NCBI RefSeq assembly: GCF_009914755.1
Contig: NC_060942.1
Length of the DNA stretch: 64,000 nt
Strand: one strand, 5' to 3'
DNA from: the human T2T-CHM13v2.0 reference genome, Homo sapiens
Below the pieces are notes generated by a model. The model was not told where the DNA came from. It made no database searches and saw nothing but the letters and a program-made list of their open reading frames with translations. Position 1 is the stretch's first letter. Every line of letters starts with the position of its first letter. Below are positions 41,012 to 54,704 of the stretch, piece after piece. The position numbers and the translations under genes were made by a program.

Positions 41012-42825
41012 TGTAAATCAAAAATAACATCCTAAGCCCTCCAACTGACTGAGGGGACCCCCGAGAAACCTGAGAAACTGAATTCCCAGCCATGGCTGGA
41101 AAAGAGGTCTGACACACCTTGTTATACCCCCTACCTTTTGGAATTCAGGTGTAACTGACCAGCATTCACATTAAAACAGAGATTGTAATGTTACCAGACA
41201 GGGGTCCTCATCCAGACTCCAAGAGGGTGTTCTTGGACATCACGCAAAAAATAATTCGGGGCAAGTGCATAAAGTGAAAGCAAGTTTAAGAAAGTAAAGG
41301 AAGGCCGGGCGTAGTGGCTCACACCTGTAACCCCAGTACTTTGGGAGGCCAACGTGGGAGGATTGCTTGAGCTCAGGAGTTGGAGACCAGCCTGAGTGAG
41401 ACCCTATCCCTACAAAAAAAATACAAAAATTAGCCAGGCATGGTGGTGCATGTCCCAGCTACTCAGGAGGCTGAGGTGGGAGGATCGCTTGAGCTGGGGA
41501 GGTTGAAGCTGCAGTGAGCCGAGACTGCACCACTGCTCCAGCCTGGACAACACAGAGAGACCCAGTCTCAAAAAAAAAAAAAAAAAAAAAAGAAAGAAAG
41601 AAAAGAAAAGAAAGAAAAGAAAGTAGGCTAGGCACAGTGGCTCACGCCTCTAATCCCAGCACTTTGGGAGGCTGAGGTGGGCGGATCACCTGAGGTCAGG
41701 AGTTCGAGTCCAGTCCGACCAACCTGGAGAAACCCCGTCTCTACTAAAAATACAAAATTAGCCAGGTGTGGTGGCGCATGCCTGTAATCCCAGCTACTCA
41801 GGAGGCTGAGGCAGGAGAATCACTTGAGCCTGGGAGGCGGAGGTTGCATTGAGTCAAGATTGTGCCACTGCACTCCAGCCTGGGAGACAGAGCAAGACTC
41901 CATCTCAAAAAAAAAAAAAAAGGAAAGGAATAAAAGAATGGCTACTCCATAGACAGAGCAGTGGTATGGGCTGCTCAACTGAGTATACTTATAGTTACTT
42001 CTTGATTATATGCTAAACAAAAGGTGGATTATTCATGAGTCTTTCAGGAAAGAGATGGGCAATTCCCCCAGCACTGAAGGTTCCTCCCCTTTTAGACCAT
42101 ATAGGGTAACTTCCTGACGTTGCCATTGCATTTGTAAACTGTCACAGTGCTGGTGAGAGTGTGTTTTAGCATGCTAATGTATTATAATTAGAGTATAACG
42201 AGCAGTGAGGACAACCAAAGGTCACTTTCATTGCCACCTTGGTTTTGGTGGGTTTTGGTCAGCTTCTTTACAGCATCCTGTCTAATCAATAAAGTCCTTG
42301 TGACCTGTATCTTGTGCTGCCCTCCTGACTCATCCTGTGACTAAGAATGCCTGGCCTCCTGGGAATGTACCCAGTAGGTGAAAGAGAATAGACTTTCACC
42401 ATCTATTCTCTCTGAAGCCTGCTACCTATGAGGCTTCATCTACATAACAAGAATCTGGACCCCCACAATTCCCCTTATCTTAATGCAAGCATTTCTTTCT
42501 ACTGACTTCAAGTCTTGGGACAAAGCTTAACTCTTTCAACGGGTTGCCAATCAGAAAATCTTTGAATCTACCTATGACCTGTAAGTCCCTGCTCCGAGTT
42601 GTCCTACCTTTCTGGTCAAACCAATGAATACCTCCCATGTACTGGTTTTTATCTTTGCCTGTAACATCTGTCTCCCTATAATGTATATAAAACCAAACTG
42701 TAACCCAACTGCCTTGGGATCGCTTTCTCAGGACCCCTTGAGGCTGCTCCCAAGGCCTAGTCACTCATATTGACTCAGAATAAACCTCTTTAAAACATTT
42801 TACAGAGTTTGGTTTTTCCATTAAC
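41012..42825 (+). mobile_element. MER4-family LTR (MER4D/E-like) split by MER41
   Basis: Starts TGTAAATCAAAAATAACATCCTAAGCCC; ends AATAAACCTCTT...TTTTACAGAGTTTGG. Confidence 0.8.
41189..42379 (-). mobile_element. MER41 LTR (MER41B-like), containing two sense Alus (41303-41625, 41626-41920)
   Basis: Reverse complement of MER41: TGTTACC...GGGGTCC..ATCCAGAC..CAAGAG; GAATGGCTACTCCATAGACAGAGCAG; TAGACCATATAGGGTAACTTCCTGACGTTGCCA. Confidence 0.88.
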
Positions 42826-44287
42826 CACACTGGCAAATGTTATTTCCCGTCCCTACACTCAATCATACCCCTGGCTGGTGCCACCTACCTTCCCTCTCAT
42901 TCCTGGAACATGATTGGTCTTCTCCACCTCTGACTTGGTCCTGTCTACTCAGCCTTTCCAAACCCCAGCCTCCTGTTGGGGAGGCAGAATGCTGTGAGAG
43001 TTAAGAGGCAGGGGATGCGTGGGCAGGTGGCCCCTCTAGCCAGCCAAGGACCTTCAGGAAGGTGCTGACCTCCTGTGTCTGTCTCCTCAACAAAATGATA
43101 CTGATACTGTCAGACCTCTGAGCCTAAGCTAAGCCATCATATCCCCTGTGACCTGCACACATCCAGACTTCACCCTTAGTGGCAAGTCCTGCTTTTCTGG
43201 GGGAGGGGCAGGAGCCCTGACCTCTTATCTCTGTGCCCCGATCCCTTATTTCCGCACCCCGACCTCTTATCTGTGCCCCAACCCCTTATTTCCATGCCCC
43301 GACCCCTGTCCTGCTTTTCTGGAGGGTAAGAACCCCTGAACCCCTTCCCTCCATGTCTCTACCCTTCTCTTTAAACTTGCCTCCTTCACTATAGGCAACC
43401 TTCCACCTTCCATTCCTCCTTCTTCTCCCTTAGCCTGTGTTCTTAAGAACTTAAAACCTCTTCAACTCTCGCCTGACCTAAAATCTAAGCGTCTTATTTT
43501 CTTCTGAAATGCCGCTTGACCCCGAGACAAACTGGACAGTAGTTCCAAATAGCCAGAAAACGGCACTTTCAATTTTTCCATCCTACAAGTTCTAAATAAT
43601 TCTTGTCGTAAAATGGGCAAATGGTCTGAGGTGCATGACGTCCAGGCTTTCTTTTACACATCAGGCCGTCCCTAGTCTCTGTTCCCAATGCAACTTGTCC
43701 CAAATCTTCCTTCTTTCCCTTCCGCCTGTCCCCTCAGTCCCAACCCCAAACGTCGCTGAGTCTTTCTAATCTTCCTTTTCTACAGACCTATCTGACCTCT
43801 CCCCTCCTCCCCAGGCTAAGTCCCAATTCTTCCTCAGCCTCCGCTTCTCCACCCTATAATCCTTTTATCACCTCCCCTCCTCACACCGGGTCCGGCTTAC
43901 GGTTTCATTCCATGACTAGCCCTCCCCCACCCGCCCAGCAATTTCCTCTTAAAAAGGTGGCTGGAGCTAAAGGCATAGTCAAGGTTAATGCTCCTTTTTC
44001 TTTATCCCAAATCAGACGGCGTTTAGGCTCTTTTTCATCAAATATAAAAATCCAGCCCCGTTCATGGCTCGTTTGGCAGCAACCCTGAGACGCTTTACAG
44101 CCCTAGACCCTAAAAGGTCAAAAGGCCGTCTTATTCTCAATATACATTTTATTACCCAATCTGCTCTCAACATTAAATAAAACTCCAAAAATTAAATTCT
44201 GGCCCTCAAACCCTACAACAGGACTTAATTAACCTCGCCTTCAAGTGTACAATAATAGAGGCAGCCAAACAGAAACATATTTCTGAG

Positions 44288-44584
44288 TTGCAATTCCTTG
44301 CCTCCACTGTGAGACAAACCCCAGCCACATCTCCAGCACACAAGAACTTCCAAACACCTAAACCGCAGTGGCCAGGCATTCCTCCAGAACCACCTCCCCC
44401 AGGAGCTTGCTACAAGTGCCAGAAATCTGGCCACCAGGCCAAGGAATGCCCGCAGCCCAGGATTCCTCCTAAGCTGTGTCCCATCTGTGCAGGACCCCAC
44501 TGGAAATCGGATGGAAATCGGACTCTTCAACTCACCTGGCAGCCACTCCCAGAGTCCCTGGGACTCTGGCCCAAGGCTCTCTGA
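44288..44584 (+). pseudogene. HERV-H gag nucleocapsid remnant
   Basis: CCHC knuckle CYKCQKSGHQAKEC; the second knuckle CPICAGPHWKSD is broken by an 11-bp duplication. Confidence 0.85.
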
Positions 44585-44694
44585 CTGACTCCTTCCCAGA
44601 TCTTCTCAGCTTAGCGGCTGAAGACTGATGCTGCCCGATCGCCTCGGAAGCCCCGTAGACCATCACGGATGCCGAGCTTTAGGTAACTCTCACA

Positions 44695-47120
44695 GTGGAG
44701 GGTAAGTCCGTCCCCTTCTTAATCAATACGGAGGCTACCTACTCCACGTTACCTTCTTTTCAAGGGCCTGTTTCCCTTGCCTCCATAACTGTTGTTGGTA
44801 TTGATGGCCAGGCTTCTAAACCTCTTAAAACTCCCCAACTCTGGTGCCAACTTAGACAATACTCTTTTAAGCACTCCTTTTAGTTATCCCCACCTGCCCA
44901 GTTCCCTTATTAGGCCGAGACACTTTAACTAAATTATCTGCTTCCCTGACTATTCCTGGATTACAGCTGCATCTCATTGCCGCCCTTCTTCCCAATCCAA
45001 AGCCTCCTTTGCGTCCTCCTCTTGTATCCCCCCACCTTAACCCACAAGTATAAGATACCTCTACTCCCTCCTTGGCGACCGATCATGCACCCCTTACCAT
45101 CTCATTAAAACCTAATCACCCTTACCCCGCTCAATACCAATATCCCATCCCACAGCATGCTTTGAAAGGATTAAAGCCTGTTATCACTCGCCTGCTACAG
45201 CATGGCCTTTTAAAGCCTATAAACTCTCCTTACAATTCCCCCATTTTACCTGTCCTAAAACCAGACAAGCCTTACTAGTTCAGGATCTATGACTTATCAA
45301 CCAAATTGTTTTGCCTATCCACCCCGTGGTGCCAAACCCATATACTCTCCTATCCTCAATACCTCCCTCCACAATCCATTATTCTGTTCTGGATCTCAAA
45401 CATGCTTTCTTTACTATTCCTTTGCACCCTTCATCCCAGCCTCTCTTCGCTTTCACTTGGACTGACCCTGACACCCATCAGGCTCAGCAAATTACCTGGG
45501 CTGTACTGCTGCAAAGCTTCACAGACAGCCCCCATTACTTCAGTCAAGCCCAAATTTCTTCCTTATCTGTTAGCTATCTCAGCATAATTTTCATAAAAAC
45601 ACACTTGCTCTCCCTGCTGATCATGTCCGACTAATCTCCCAAACCCCAATCCCTTCCAAAACAACAACTCCTTTCCTTCCTGGGCATGGTTGGATACTTT
45701 CGCCTTTGGATACCTGGTTTTGCCATCCTAACAAAACCATTATATAAACTCACAAAAGGAAACCTAGCTGACCCCATAGATCCTAAATCTTTTCCCCACT
45801 CCTCTTTCCATTCCTTGAAGACAGCTTTAGAGACTGCCCCCACCCTAGCTCTCCCTGACTCATCGCAACCCTTTTCATTACACACAGCCGAAGTGCAGAG
45901 CTGTGCAGTCAGAATTCTTACACAAGGACCGGGGTCGCGTCCTGTAGCCTTTTTGTCCAAACAACTTGACCTTACTGTTTTAGGCTGGCCATCATGTCTC
46001 CATGCAGCGGCTGCTGCCCCGCTAATACTCTTAGAGGCCCTTAAAATCACAAACTATGCTCAACTCACCCTCTACAGCTCTCATAATTTCCAAAGTATAT
46101 TTTCTTCCTCACACCTGAAGCATATACTTTCTGCTCCCCTGCTCCTTCAGCTGTACTCACTCTTTGTTGAGTCTCCCACAATTACTATTGTTCCTGGCCT
46201 GGACTTCAATCTGGCCTCCCACATTATTCCTGATACCACACCTGACCCTCATGACTGCATCTCTTTGATCCACCTGACGTTCACCCCATTTCCCCACATT
46301 TCCTTCTTTCCTGTTCCTCACCCTGATCACACCTGGTTTATCGATGGCAGTTCCACCAGGCCTAATCGCCACACACCAGCAAAGGCAGGCTATGCTATAG
46401 TACAAGCCACTAGCCCGCCTCTTAGAACCTCTCATTTCCTTTCCATCGTGGAAATCTATCCTCAAGGAAATAACTTCTCAGTGTTCCATCTGCTATTCTA
46501 CTACTCAAGGATTATTCAGGCCCCGTCCCTTCCCTACACATCAAGCCCAGGGATTTGCCCCTGCCCAGGACTGGCAAATTTGCCATTCTACTACTCCTCA
46601 AGGATTATTCAGGCCCCCTCCCTTCCCTACGCATCAAGCTCAGGGATTTGCCCCCCCGCCCCAGGACTGGCAAATTAGCTTTACTCAACATGCCCCGAGT
46701 CAGGAAACTAAAATACCTCTTGGTCTAGGTAGACACTTCCACTGGATAGGTAGAGGCCTTTCCCACAGGGTCTAAGAAGGCCACCACGGTCATTTCTTCC
46801 CTCTGTCAGACATAATTCCTCGGTATGGCCTTCCCACCTTTATACAGTCCGATAGCAGACCGGCCTTTATTAGTCAAATCAGCCAAGCAGGTTTTCAGGC
46901 TCTTGGTATTCAGTGAAACCTTTATATCCCTTATGGTCCTGAGTCTTCAGGGAAGGTAGAACGGACTAATGGTCTTTTAAAAACACACCTCACCAAGCTC
47001 AGCCACCAACTTAAAAAGGACAAGACAATAGTTTTACCACTTTCCCTTCTCAGAATTCAGGCCTGTCCTCGGAATGCTACAAGGTACAGCCCATTTAAGC
47101 TCCTGTACGGACGCTCCTTT
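44695..47120 (+). pseudogene. HERV-H pro-pol remnants (protease, RT, RNase H, integrase), with stops and frameshifts
   Basis: FLINTEATYS (protease), VLDLKHAFFTIPL and QSFTDSP (RT), GYFRLWIPGFA and WFIDGSS (connection/RNase H). No YxDD motif is seen in the RT fragments. Confidence 0.9.
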
Positions 47121-47748
47121 TTATTAGGCCCCAGTCTCATCCCAGACACCAGACCAACTTAGACTATGCCCCAAAAAACTTGTCATCCCTACTATTTTCT
47201 GTCTAGTCATACTCCTATTCACTGTTCTCAACTACTCATACATGTCCTGCTCTTGTTTACACTGCCAGTTTACACTGTTTCTCCAAGCCATCACAGCTGA
47301 TATCTCCTGGTGCTATCCCCAAACCTCCACTGTTAACTCTTAAAGTAAATAAATAATCTTTGCTGGCAGGACTATGCTGAATCTCCTTAGGCACTCTCTA
47401 ATTAAATGTCCTAGGTCCTCCCAATTCTAAAACCTTTAATACCTCTTTTTCTCCTTCTCTTATTCCGTTTAGTTTTTCAATTCATACAAAACCATATCCA
47501 GGCCATCACCAATAATTCTAAATGACAAATGTTTCTTCTAACAATCCCACAATATCACCCCTTACCACAAAATCTTCCTTCAGCTTAATCTCTCCCACTC
47601 TAGGTTCCCACGCCATCCCTAATCCTGCTCAAAGCAGCCCTGAGAAACATTGCCCATTATCTCTCCATACCACCCCCAAAATTTTCACCATCTCAACACT
47701 TTACCACTATTTCATTTTATTTTTCTTATTAATATAAGAAGACAGGAA

Positions 47749-48146
47749 TGCCAGGCCTCTGAGCCCAAGCTAAGCCATCATATCCCGTGACCTGCACACA
47801 TCCAGATGGCCGGTTCCTGCCTTAACTGATGACATTCCACCACAAAAGAAGTGAAAATGGCCTGTTCCTGCCTTAACTGATGACATTATCTTGTGAAATT
47901 CCTTCTCCTGGCTCATCCTGGCTCAAAAGCTCCCCTACTGAGCACCTTGTGACCCCCACTCCTGCCTGCCAGAGAACAACCCCCCTTTTTCCTTTACCTA
48001 CCCAAATCCTATAAAACGGCCCCACCCCTATCTCCCTTTGCTGACTCTCTTTTCGGACTCAGCCCGCCTGCACCCAGGTGAAATAAACAGCTTTATTGCT
48101 CACACAAAGCCTGTTTGGTGGTCTCTTCACATGGACGCGCATGAAA
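47749..48146 (+). promoter_or_regulatory. LTR7 3' LTR with TATA (TATAAAA 48010-48016) and AATAAA (48082-48087)
   Basis: Duplicated GTTCCTGCCTTAACTGATGACATT U3 repeat, TATA, GC/GT box GGCCCCACCCC and poly(A) signal. Confidence 0.88.
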
Positions 48147-48703
48147 GATACACGTCCTCCATCAGAGGCCCCTGGAGAGTATGAAGTGAGATGCCGCGTG
48201 GGTGAAGCACAGCAGGCCCCAACCAGCCCGGTGATGGGCCACACAGCTGGAGAGTGCACCTTCCCTCCTGGCACTTCCTCAGCACCTCCCACATGTTTCA
48301 TGCCCCTGAAATTAACCATGGGGTCTGTTTCAAATCTGCCTATCTTCTCTCCTGTGCCAGACTTAGAGCATCCCAGAGCCAGCCAGCAAGGGCCTGCCCA
48401 GGGCCAATGGGGGCCTGATTGCCCTGGCCTCCCAGAACCAGCTGCGGGGAAGGGGGTGGTGTCTGCCTGTGGGGCTCCTGGACTTTGCCCGTGTGTCCCC
48501 TAAAGCATATCTCACTCAGTTATCCTTCACCTGAAATCTACAGCCCAGAGAGGTCCTCAGACTTCAGGGAGAACAAATACCCCCAGACTATATGCTAAGT
48601 GGGTGTGTGTGATTCTGCATATTTTGGAAGAGAAATTCCTCATCTTCCATCAGCTCCTCAGGAGAATCCATCTTTGTCTCCCTTTTCTGCCTTATTACCT
48701 TAA

Positions 48704-49176
<473 letters not shown>

Positions 49177-49454
49177 TGAATGACGTACTTTGAGCCAATG
49201 GCTAAGGGCTGTGGGTCTTGCCCTGCAATGGGGTCTGAACAAGTCATGGACCGTCTGGGATCTTCCTCCGAGGACAGCGTCTGGGCTGAGGTCAGCTGCA
49301 GTGAAGAACAGTGCTCCTAGAATAAGAGTCTAGACAGGGGAGGGGCTCAGAGAGCCCAGACTGGATCTGCCTGAGAAGAACAGAGTTCAAGGGTCTCAGA
49401 GGACAGCCCACTTATGCTAGCATCTTGCAGAAAGGGCAGGACGGTGGGCCTCAG

Positions 49455-49960
49455 CTCTATTTTCTATTGTTGCATAACACGCTGTCCCAAAACTTAGTGG
49501 CTTAAAATGATTTTACCATATCTCATGCTTTTGTGGCAGGAATTCATTCAGGGACTGCTGGGCAGGGTGATTCTTCTGCCCCATGTGGCACTGACTGAGG
49601 TCACCTGATGGCACTCGGCTGGCAGATGGGCTGGTCTGGAGGACCTGGATAGCCTCCTTCGTGAGTTGAGTGGTTTGGCAAGCCAGCTGCAAGGCTGGGC
49701 TCAGTGGGGCCTGTCTCCTGGAGCACCCATGCCTGGCCTCTCCTGCACAACAGCTCAGGGCTCCTGAGGCTGTCAGAAGACCAAGGCAGACACTGCAAGG
49801 CTGCTTTGACCTGGCCTTGGGAGTCACATAGCACCATTTCCATCACACCTTATTGGCTACAGGTAAGTCGCAGAGCCAGCCCAGACCCAAGAGAAAGGAA
49901 CAGAACTGTATAGCAGAATGAATACCACTGGGATGGAGGTGGGGCATCTTTGGAGACAAG
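49455..49960 (-). mobile_element. MLT1 LTR
   Basis: CTATTGTTGCATAAC...CCCAAAACTTAGTGGCTTAAAA...GGCATCTTTGGAGA. Confidence 0.7.
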
Positions 49961-51047
49961 CCACCACTGCTTCTCTCCGGGCTGGGCTCAGGGACACAGC
50001 CTGAAGCCAGGGACATTGGGTGGGGCCAGGAGAAGCCCAAAAGTCTCACCCCTTTGACTGGCTTCCCCCAGAACAAGGATCAAAGGACCATTAAGTAACT
50101 TCAAATGAGTCCCAGCCACTTGAACTTCCAGCCAATTCCATATCCTATTTCAATACTTTGTCCAAGGCAACTTCTCAATAGAGATGTCATGTTCCAAGTA
50201 TGACTAACTGCTTATGGTATTACCTGCTTGTGCTTTCACCCCAATCTGTGACTGTACTCCCTTTTTTGGGCATGCAGACCCAGTGAAAAGAATGGTGTCC
50301 TCTCCTGACATTGTCTCTCAGGGTCTGGAAGCTTTTCCTTCAATCTTCGAGCTCCTCACCTATCTGAACATGCCATTGCCTGCAACCAAGCTTGAGAACC
50401 AACAAACAGTGGCTGCGGGTTCTGGAAACACGCAGAGTGATAGTTCAGGTGAGAGCAGTGCCATTTCCCCAGTGCTCCTGGTTGCTCCAACCCCATTCAC
50501 GAAGAGTCTCAGACAGAACCTGAGGGAGGAGGCTGGGGAAAGAAACTGGGACACTCTGGGAAGGCAGCTGCAGTGCAGGCCACAGACCCTGCCCGGTGGC
50601 AAAGGGAAGGAGCATGGCCTTCAGGAAGAGTCACAAATCACCTCAGAGATGTGAGGAATCCACACCTCAGCACTTCTTGGAGAACTGACAACCCCTGTGA
50701 AACACGGGGACCTCATTTCTCCTTCTCAACAGAACTCTCTAGCATGAAGGTTGAAAGCATGGGCTTTGAATAACCTAGATTCGAGTCCCAGCTGGGTGGG
50801 CCTGGAAAAGTTACTGAGTCTTTCTGATCTCCTTGGTAAAATGAAGAGAATGTCCCCTGCACTACCATTGGGAAGAATCAATGACAGGGAGCCTGGAGAG
50901 TACCCAGCACAATGCTTGGCATGAAATAGGCACCAGTAACTATAATCTTAAATATTATTATTGGGTCAGTAACCCCAGCAACCACCACCAACACCCCCTT
51001 CTTTTGCCACTTCCCTGGGCCCAGTGTAGATGAACTGCTCTAAATCA

Positions 51048-51394
<347 letters not shown>

Positions 51395-51404
51395 TCATGG
51401 GAGC

Positions 51405-51697
51405 CACATCTATAAACTAAAATTTTCTAGCAGCCACGTTACAAAAGGTAAAGGGAAACAGGAGAAAGTAATGTTGATAGTACATTTTATTTAGCCCAAT
51501 ATATAAAAAATATTATTTCAACATGTAATCAATAGAAAAATGATGTGATATTTTACATTCTTTTTAAAAAATATTAAGTCTTTGAAACCAGTGTGTTCTT
51601 ACACTTACAGCCCATCTGAATTTGGCCCAACCACACTCCAGTGCTCCAAAGCCATAGATGGCCAGGGGCATCCACACTGGACAGCACAGGGCTAGAG
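51405..51697. mobile_element. MER3/MER33-like hAT element
   Basis: AAATTTTCTAGCAGCCAC...TTTATTTAGCCCAATATAT...CTGGACAGCACAG. Confidence 0.75.
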
Positions 51698-51879
51698 GCA
51701 CTGGGTGGGCCCTTCTCTGTTTCAAGCTCAGTGGTCTGGATGTGGGCAGAAAGAGGAGTCTGGATCTGGGTTAAAGCTACAAGAACTCCCTCCCCAGGGT
51801 TAACACCAATATTTTCTGTAACACTCCCCTGCCGGTATTGAAGAGAACAGAAAGAAGGGCAAAGGAAAGAAAATAAACA

Positions 51880-52193
51880 ATTTATTTTTCTTTTATTGTT
51901 ATTTTTAGAGACAGAGTTTGGCTCTGTTGCCCAGGCTGGAGTGCAGTGGCACAGTCATGGCTCATTGCAACCTTGACCCCTGAGCTCAAGCAATCCTTCT
52001 GCCTCAGCCTCCTGAGTAGCTGGGACTTACAGGCGTGTGCCACCATGCCTGGCTAATTTTTATTTTTTATTTTTGTAGCGATGGAGGTTCACTGTGTTGC
52101 CCAGACTGGTCTCAAACTCCTGGGTTCAATCAATCCTCCCACCTCAGCCTCCTAAAGTGCTGGGATTACAGGCTTGAGCCACCGTGACTGGCC
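51880..52193 (-). mobile_element. Alu (AluJ-like)
   Basis: Reverse Alu; TSD TTATTTTTCTTT. Confidence 0.92.
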
Positions 52194-52486
52194 CTTATTT
52201 TTCTTTATATCCACAGCATATTAGTAATAATACACCATTGTACACAACCTTGCCTCTCCTAATAGAAAGCACGTTCTTTCTTTATAGAAATAAAAGAAAA
52301 AAACCCAAATCCCAAGGCTCTGACTGAGGTCCAGCAAGGATTAAGGTCATCAGGTACCAAACAGGATCCAAGGGTAAATAAAGGGAGAGTGTGGGCTTAC
52401 CTGGAGACTCCCTAAGCAGAAAATGAGAGCTTGGGGCTACAGTGAGGGGGCCACTCCACTGTTCAGGTCTGTGGGCTCATCCTTCA

Positions 52487-52981
<495 letters not shown>

Positions 52982-53266
52982 TCAGCCAAAGCTTTTGGGG
53001 CCAGTTCTGCTGGAAAGAGGACTGGGTTTAAACTGCATGGCTCTTTGCAGTCATCAGAACCTCCATTTGCTTAAATGGCACTTGGAAAGACAGGTATAAA
53101 ATGACACTTGGACAGATGCCACTTTCTGCAAGTGGAAAAGAACTGGTCTCCATTGTATAGAGTTTTACAGGAGCAAGAGAATAAGGACAATTCTAAACCC
53201 AGATTTTCTATTTGACCCTCAGTCTCTAGAAAGTTTGACATCCTAGATGAAGAACAAAAGTAAGTT

Positions 53267-53480
53267 GAACACGGACACAGAGAGAGGAACAACATACACC
53301 GGGCCTGTCGGTGGGTGGGGAGGGAGGGAGAATATTAGGAAAAATAGCCAATGCATGCTGGGCTTAATATCTAGGTGACTGGTGGATAGGTGCAGCAAAC
53401 CACCACGGCACACATTTACCTACGTAACAAACCTGCACATGTACCCCAGAATTAAAAATAAAAAAAATTTAAATTAAAAA
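53267..53480 (+). mobile_element. L1PA 3' end fragment
   Basis: GATAGGTGCAGCAAACCACCACGGCACACATTTACCTACGTAACAAACCTGCAC. Confidence 0.9.
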
Positions 53481-54124
53481 AGTAGAGACTCTTCAAAGTG
53501 AGAAGGTATGTCAGGCAGCTACTATTATTTTTCCTCCAAATTAATAAGTGTAAGGTACCTGTTTAATCAGCTGGAGGTTAGAAAAAAAATAATATAAATA
53601 TTTTTCATGGAAACAAACAAGACAAAACAACAACAACAAAAGTAAGTTGAAAGCCATATGTGTTAAGGTCACTCTTAGCATTTTTACCTTACATGACAAG
53701 CAGAGACCAGGAAAAGACAAGGACATGAATTTAAGGTACTCAAGTTCCAAATACACGAATCCATTGCTAGTTGTTTCTTTTTCTCTCTTTTCTCAACAAG
53801 TTGGGGAACACATGCAGAGGCAACAACAGCCACCGACTGAGTTGACTATATTCTCCATGGGGCTGAGTATGGACAAGGCGTATTTCCCGGACGCCATGGG
53901 CAGGGGATCTCCATCAATGACGTGGGTATTCAACACTACAGGGCCTGGCTCCCTGCTTGCGGAGGACTCATGGGTCACCCTGAATGGCCCAAACTCTCTG
54001 ATACCTGGCAGAGTGGTAAGGTATTTGAAACATCTATTAGGAACAGAAATATTTATAGTTAGTCATTATTTTCTTAAACCTTCTTGGTGGGTTCAGAAAC
54101 AAGTGACCATTTTGTGTAAATTCA

Positions 54125-54130
54125 TTTATT
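54125..54130 (-). terminator. Candidate TMEM241 poly(A) signal AATAAA (duplicate copy at 54366-54371)
   Basis: TTTATT on the plus strand, inside an L1 target-site duplication. Confidence 0.65.
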
Positions 54131-54133
54131 TTG

Positions 54134-54358
54134 GAGCAATGAGAACACATGGACATAGGGAGGGGAACATCACACACCAGGGCCTGTCAGGGGATGGAGG
54201 GCTAGGGGAGGGATAACATTAGGGGAAATACCTAATGTAGGTGACAGGTTGATGGGTGCAGCAAACCACCATGGCACGTGCATACCTATGTAACAAACCT
54301 GCACATTCTGCACGTGTACCCCAGAACTTAAAGTATAATAATAAAAAAAAGAAAAAAG
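54134..54358 (+). mobile_element. 5'-truncated L1PA insertion (~225 bp) with TSD
   Basis: CAATGAGAACACATGGACA...CCCAGAACTTAAAGTATAATAATAAAAA; TSD AA(A/G)TTCATTTATTTTG. Confidence 0.92.
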
Positions 54359-54375
54359 AAGTTCATTTATTTTGA

Positions 54376-54704
<329 letters not shown>

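Larger units (their letters stand above)
43108..48146 (+). mobile_element. HERV-H provirus, deleted form; 5' LTR truncated to 43108-43167, intact 3' LTR7 47749-48146
   Basis: TSD GATAC at 43103-43107 and 48147-48151; LTR start TG(T/C)CAG(A/G)CCTCTGAGCC(T/C)AAGCTAAGCC; gag/pro/pol remnants; polypurine tract before the 3' LTR. Confidence 0.96.

Noticed and set aside
45686-46678. 330-aa ORF as a functional or domesticated protein
   Set aside because: It is a HERV-H pol fragment without the RT catalytic core that drifts out of frame after WFIDGSS, and the provirus lacks its promoter.
53647-54216. 189-aa ORF antisense to the TMEM241 3' end
   Set aside because: Non-ATG start, ends in L1 sequence, no recognisable homology.
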